A stretch of DNA of 59,073 nucleotides, counting the filler. It is 6 parts of 6 records of this genome, joined end to end, with 100 filler letters (N's around TTAATTAATTAA, not from the genome) between each part and the next. Parts side by side here need not be neighbours in the genome. Positions count along the whole stretch, not along the records: positions 49,069 to 59,073 come from SRR31156797_8680; 5 more parts are not named here. One strand, 5' to 3'. Each line of letters opens with the position of its first letter. Positions within the stretch are counted from its first letter, which is position 1. Both the position numbers and the translations under genes were made by a program. The notes below the pieces were generated by a model that made no database searches, was not told the DNA's origin, and was given only the letters and a program-made list of their open reading frames with translations. Positions 58,190 to 59,073 of the stretch are shown here, one piece after another.

Positions 58190-59073
58190 ATGAAATATAA
58201 AGATTTAGAAATTATGAAAAGTGATATTTATTACTCAATAGCAGTAGATTTATTAGAAGAACCAGAAATTGATATTATTTATCCTGCAGTTAGGGAATAT
58301 TTAGATGAAATTTTAGATAAAAGAAACGAATTTAATTTAACAGACAAAGATATAAATGATTTTTATGAAACATTTTTAAATAAAACTAATGAGTTTTATT
58401 TTGAATACTTATATGATTTAGACAAGTTTAAAAAATTAAATACATTAGAACAAATTGAAATATTATATGGATATTTAAAAAATGATTTACCAAATTGGGT
58501 ATATGATTTAACAGAATATAAAGGTGAATCTGATTCTTTTGAAGATGAAAATGCTAAGACAAATAATGAAGAGCCTTATGATGTTACAAAAATTGATATT
58601 ATTAATCAACCATTTGAAGTTCAATCACTTTATAGAAAATATAAACATGAACCAAAAGAATTAGAATTATCTCCTGATTATCAAAGAAATTTTGTATGGA
58701 ATGGAAAAGAAAAAAGTAGATTAATTGAATCTATTTTAATTAAAATACCTTTACCTTTATTTTATATTGATTCAAGAGACGAAGATAAAATGATTGTTAT
58801 TGATGGACTTCAAAGATTAACTACAATTTTTGACTTCATGGATGATAAGTTTAAACTTACTGATATGGAATATTTAAAAGATCTAAGAGGCAAAAGATAT
58901 TCAAAACTAGAGAGAAGATATCAAAGAAGGATTGAAGACTTTCAATTACTATGTAACTTAATTAGACCTAATACACCATCTAAAATTGCTTTTAATATTT
59001 TCCAGAGAATTAATACGCTTGGTAAAAAACTTGAAGTACAAGAATTAAGAAATGCAATGTATATAGGTAAATC
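58190..59073 (+). CDS. DUF262 (GmrSD/ParB-like NTPase) protein, runs off window end (not in ORF track)
   Basis: AAGGA RBS and ATG 58190; PDYQRNFVW, SRLIESIL, VIDGLQRL and FQRINTLG motifs; acidic N-terminal extension. Confidence 0.88.
   Translation, partial: MKYKDLEIMKSDIYYSIAVDLLEEPEIDIIYPAVREYLDEILDKRNEFNLTDKDINDFYETFLNKTNEFYFEYLYDLDKFKKLNTLEQIEILYGYLKNDLPNWVYDLTEYKGESDSFEDENAKTNNEEPYDVTKIDIINQPFEVQSLYRKYKHEPKELELSPDYQRNFVWNGKEKSRLIESILIKIPLPLFYIDSRDEDKMIVIDGLQRLTTIFDFMDDKFKLTDMEYLKDLRGKRYSKLERRYQRRIEDFQLLCNLIRPNTPSKIAFNIFQRINTLGKKLEVQELRNAMYIGK

Noticed and set aside
49840..58190. dif/XerH-type attachment site for the prophage
   Set aside because: No convincing dif-like palindrome found by eye; the integration route remains undetermined.

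Overview
This window is not one locus. It holds six unrelated contigs joined by 100-bp artificial linkers (N-run/TTAATTAATTAA/N-run), so neighbourhoods must not be read across linkers. Taxonomic labels below are impressions from composition and gene content. (1) 1-16997, Desulfobacterota-like: a chemoreceptor interrupted by one in-frame TAG, a 2234-aa teneurin-like NHL/YD/RHS protein, decayed Fe-S and resolvase remnants, and an orphan tRNA 3' end plus terminator (probable island boundary). An operon follows with a degenerate SNase, a histidine kinase, REC-DUF4388, two roadblock proteins and a Cache-HAMP protein without output domain. (2) 17098-26021, Bacteroidota: groEL/groES/secG/lptE/sigma54-activator block, kdsB, two-component genes. 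(3) 26122-35468, Desulfobacterota-like: split RdgC, acyltransferase, DHH-CBS protein, UbiB kinase, CopZ plus a ZraS/ZraR-like pair, REP repeats. (4) 35569-43076: tRNA-Pro 3' end, NusG paralog, epimerase, T2SS gspEFGHIJK. (5) 43177-48968, low GC: ABC exporter, DUF2141, membrane AraC regulator, a DUF6602-like pseudogene and the 3' end of a group II intron. (6) 49069-59073, very low GC, Campylobacterota/Arcobacter-like: a near-complete filamentous (Inoviridae-type) prophage with its own secretin, a repressor switch, an H-type pseudoknot before the ssDNA-binding gene, an acidic early protein, nuclease cargo and an adjacent DUF262 gene. The best candidates for undescribed biology are the inovirus regulatory and accessory elements, the GTPase-less roadblock signalling operon, the amber-containing chemoreceptor and the teneurin-like protein. 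All calls come from reading motifs by eye; no searches were run.
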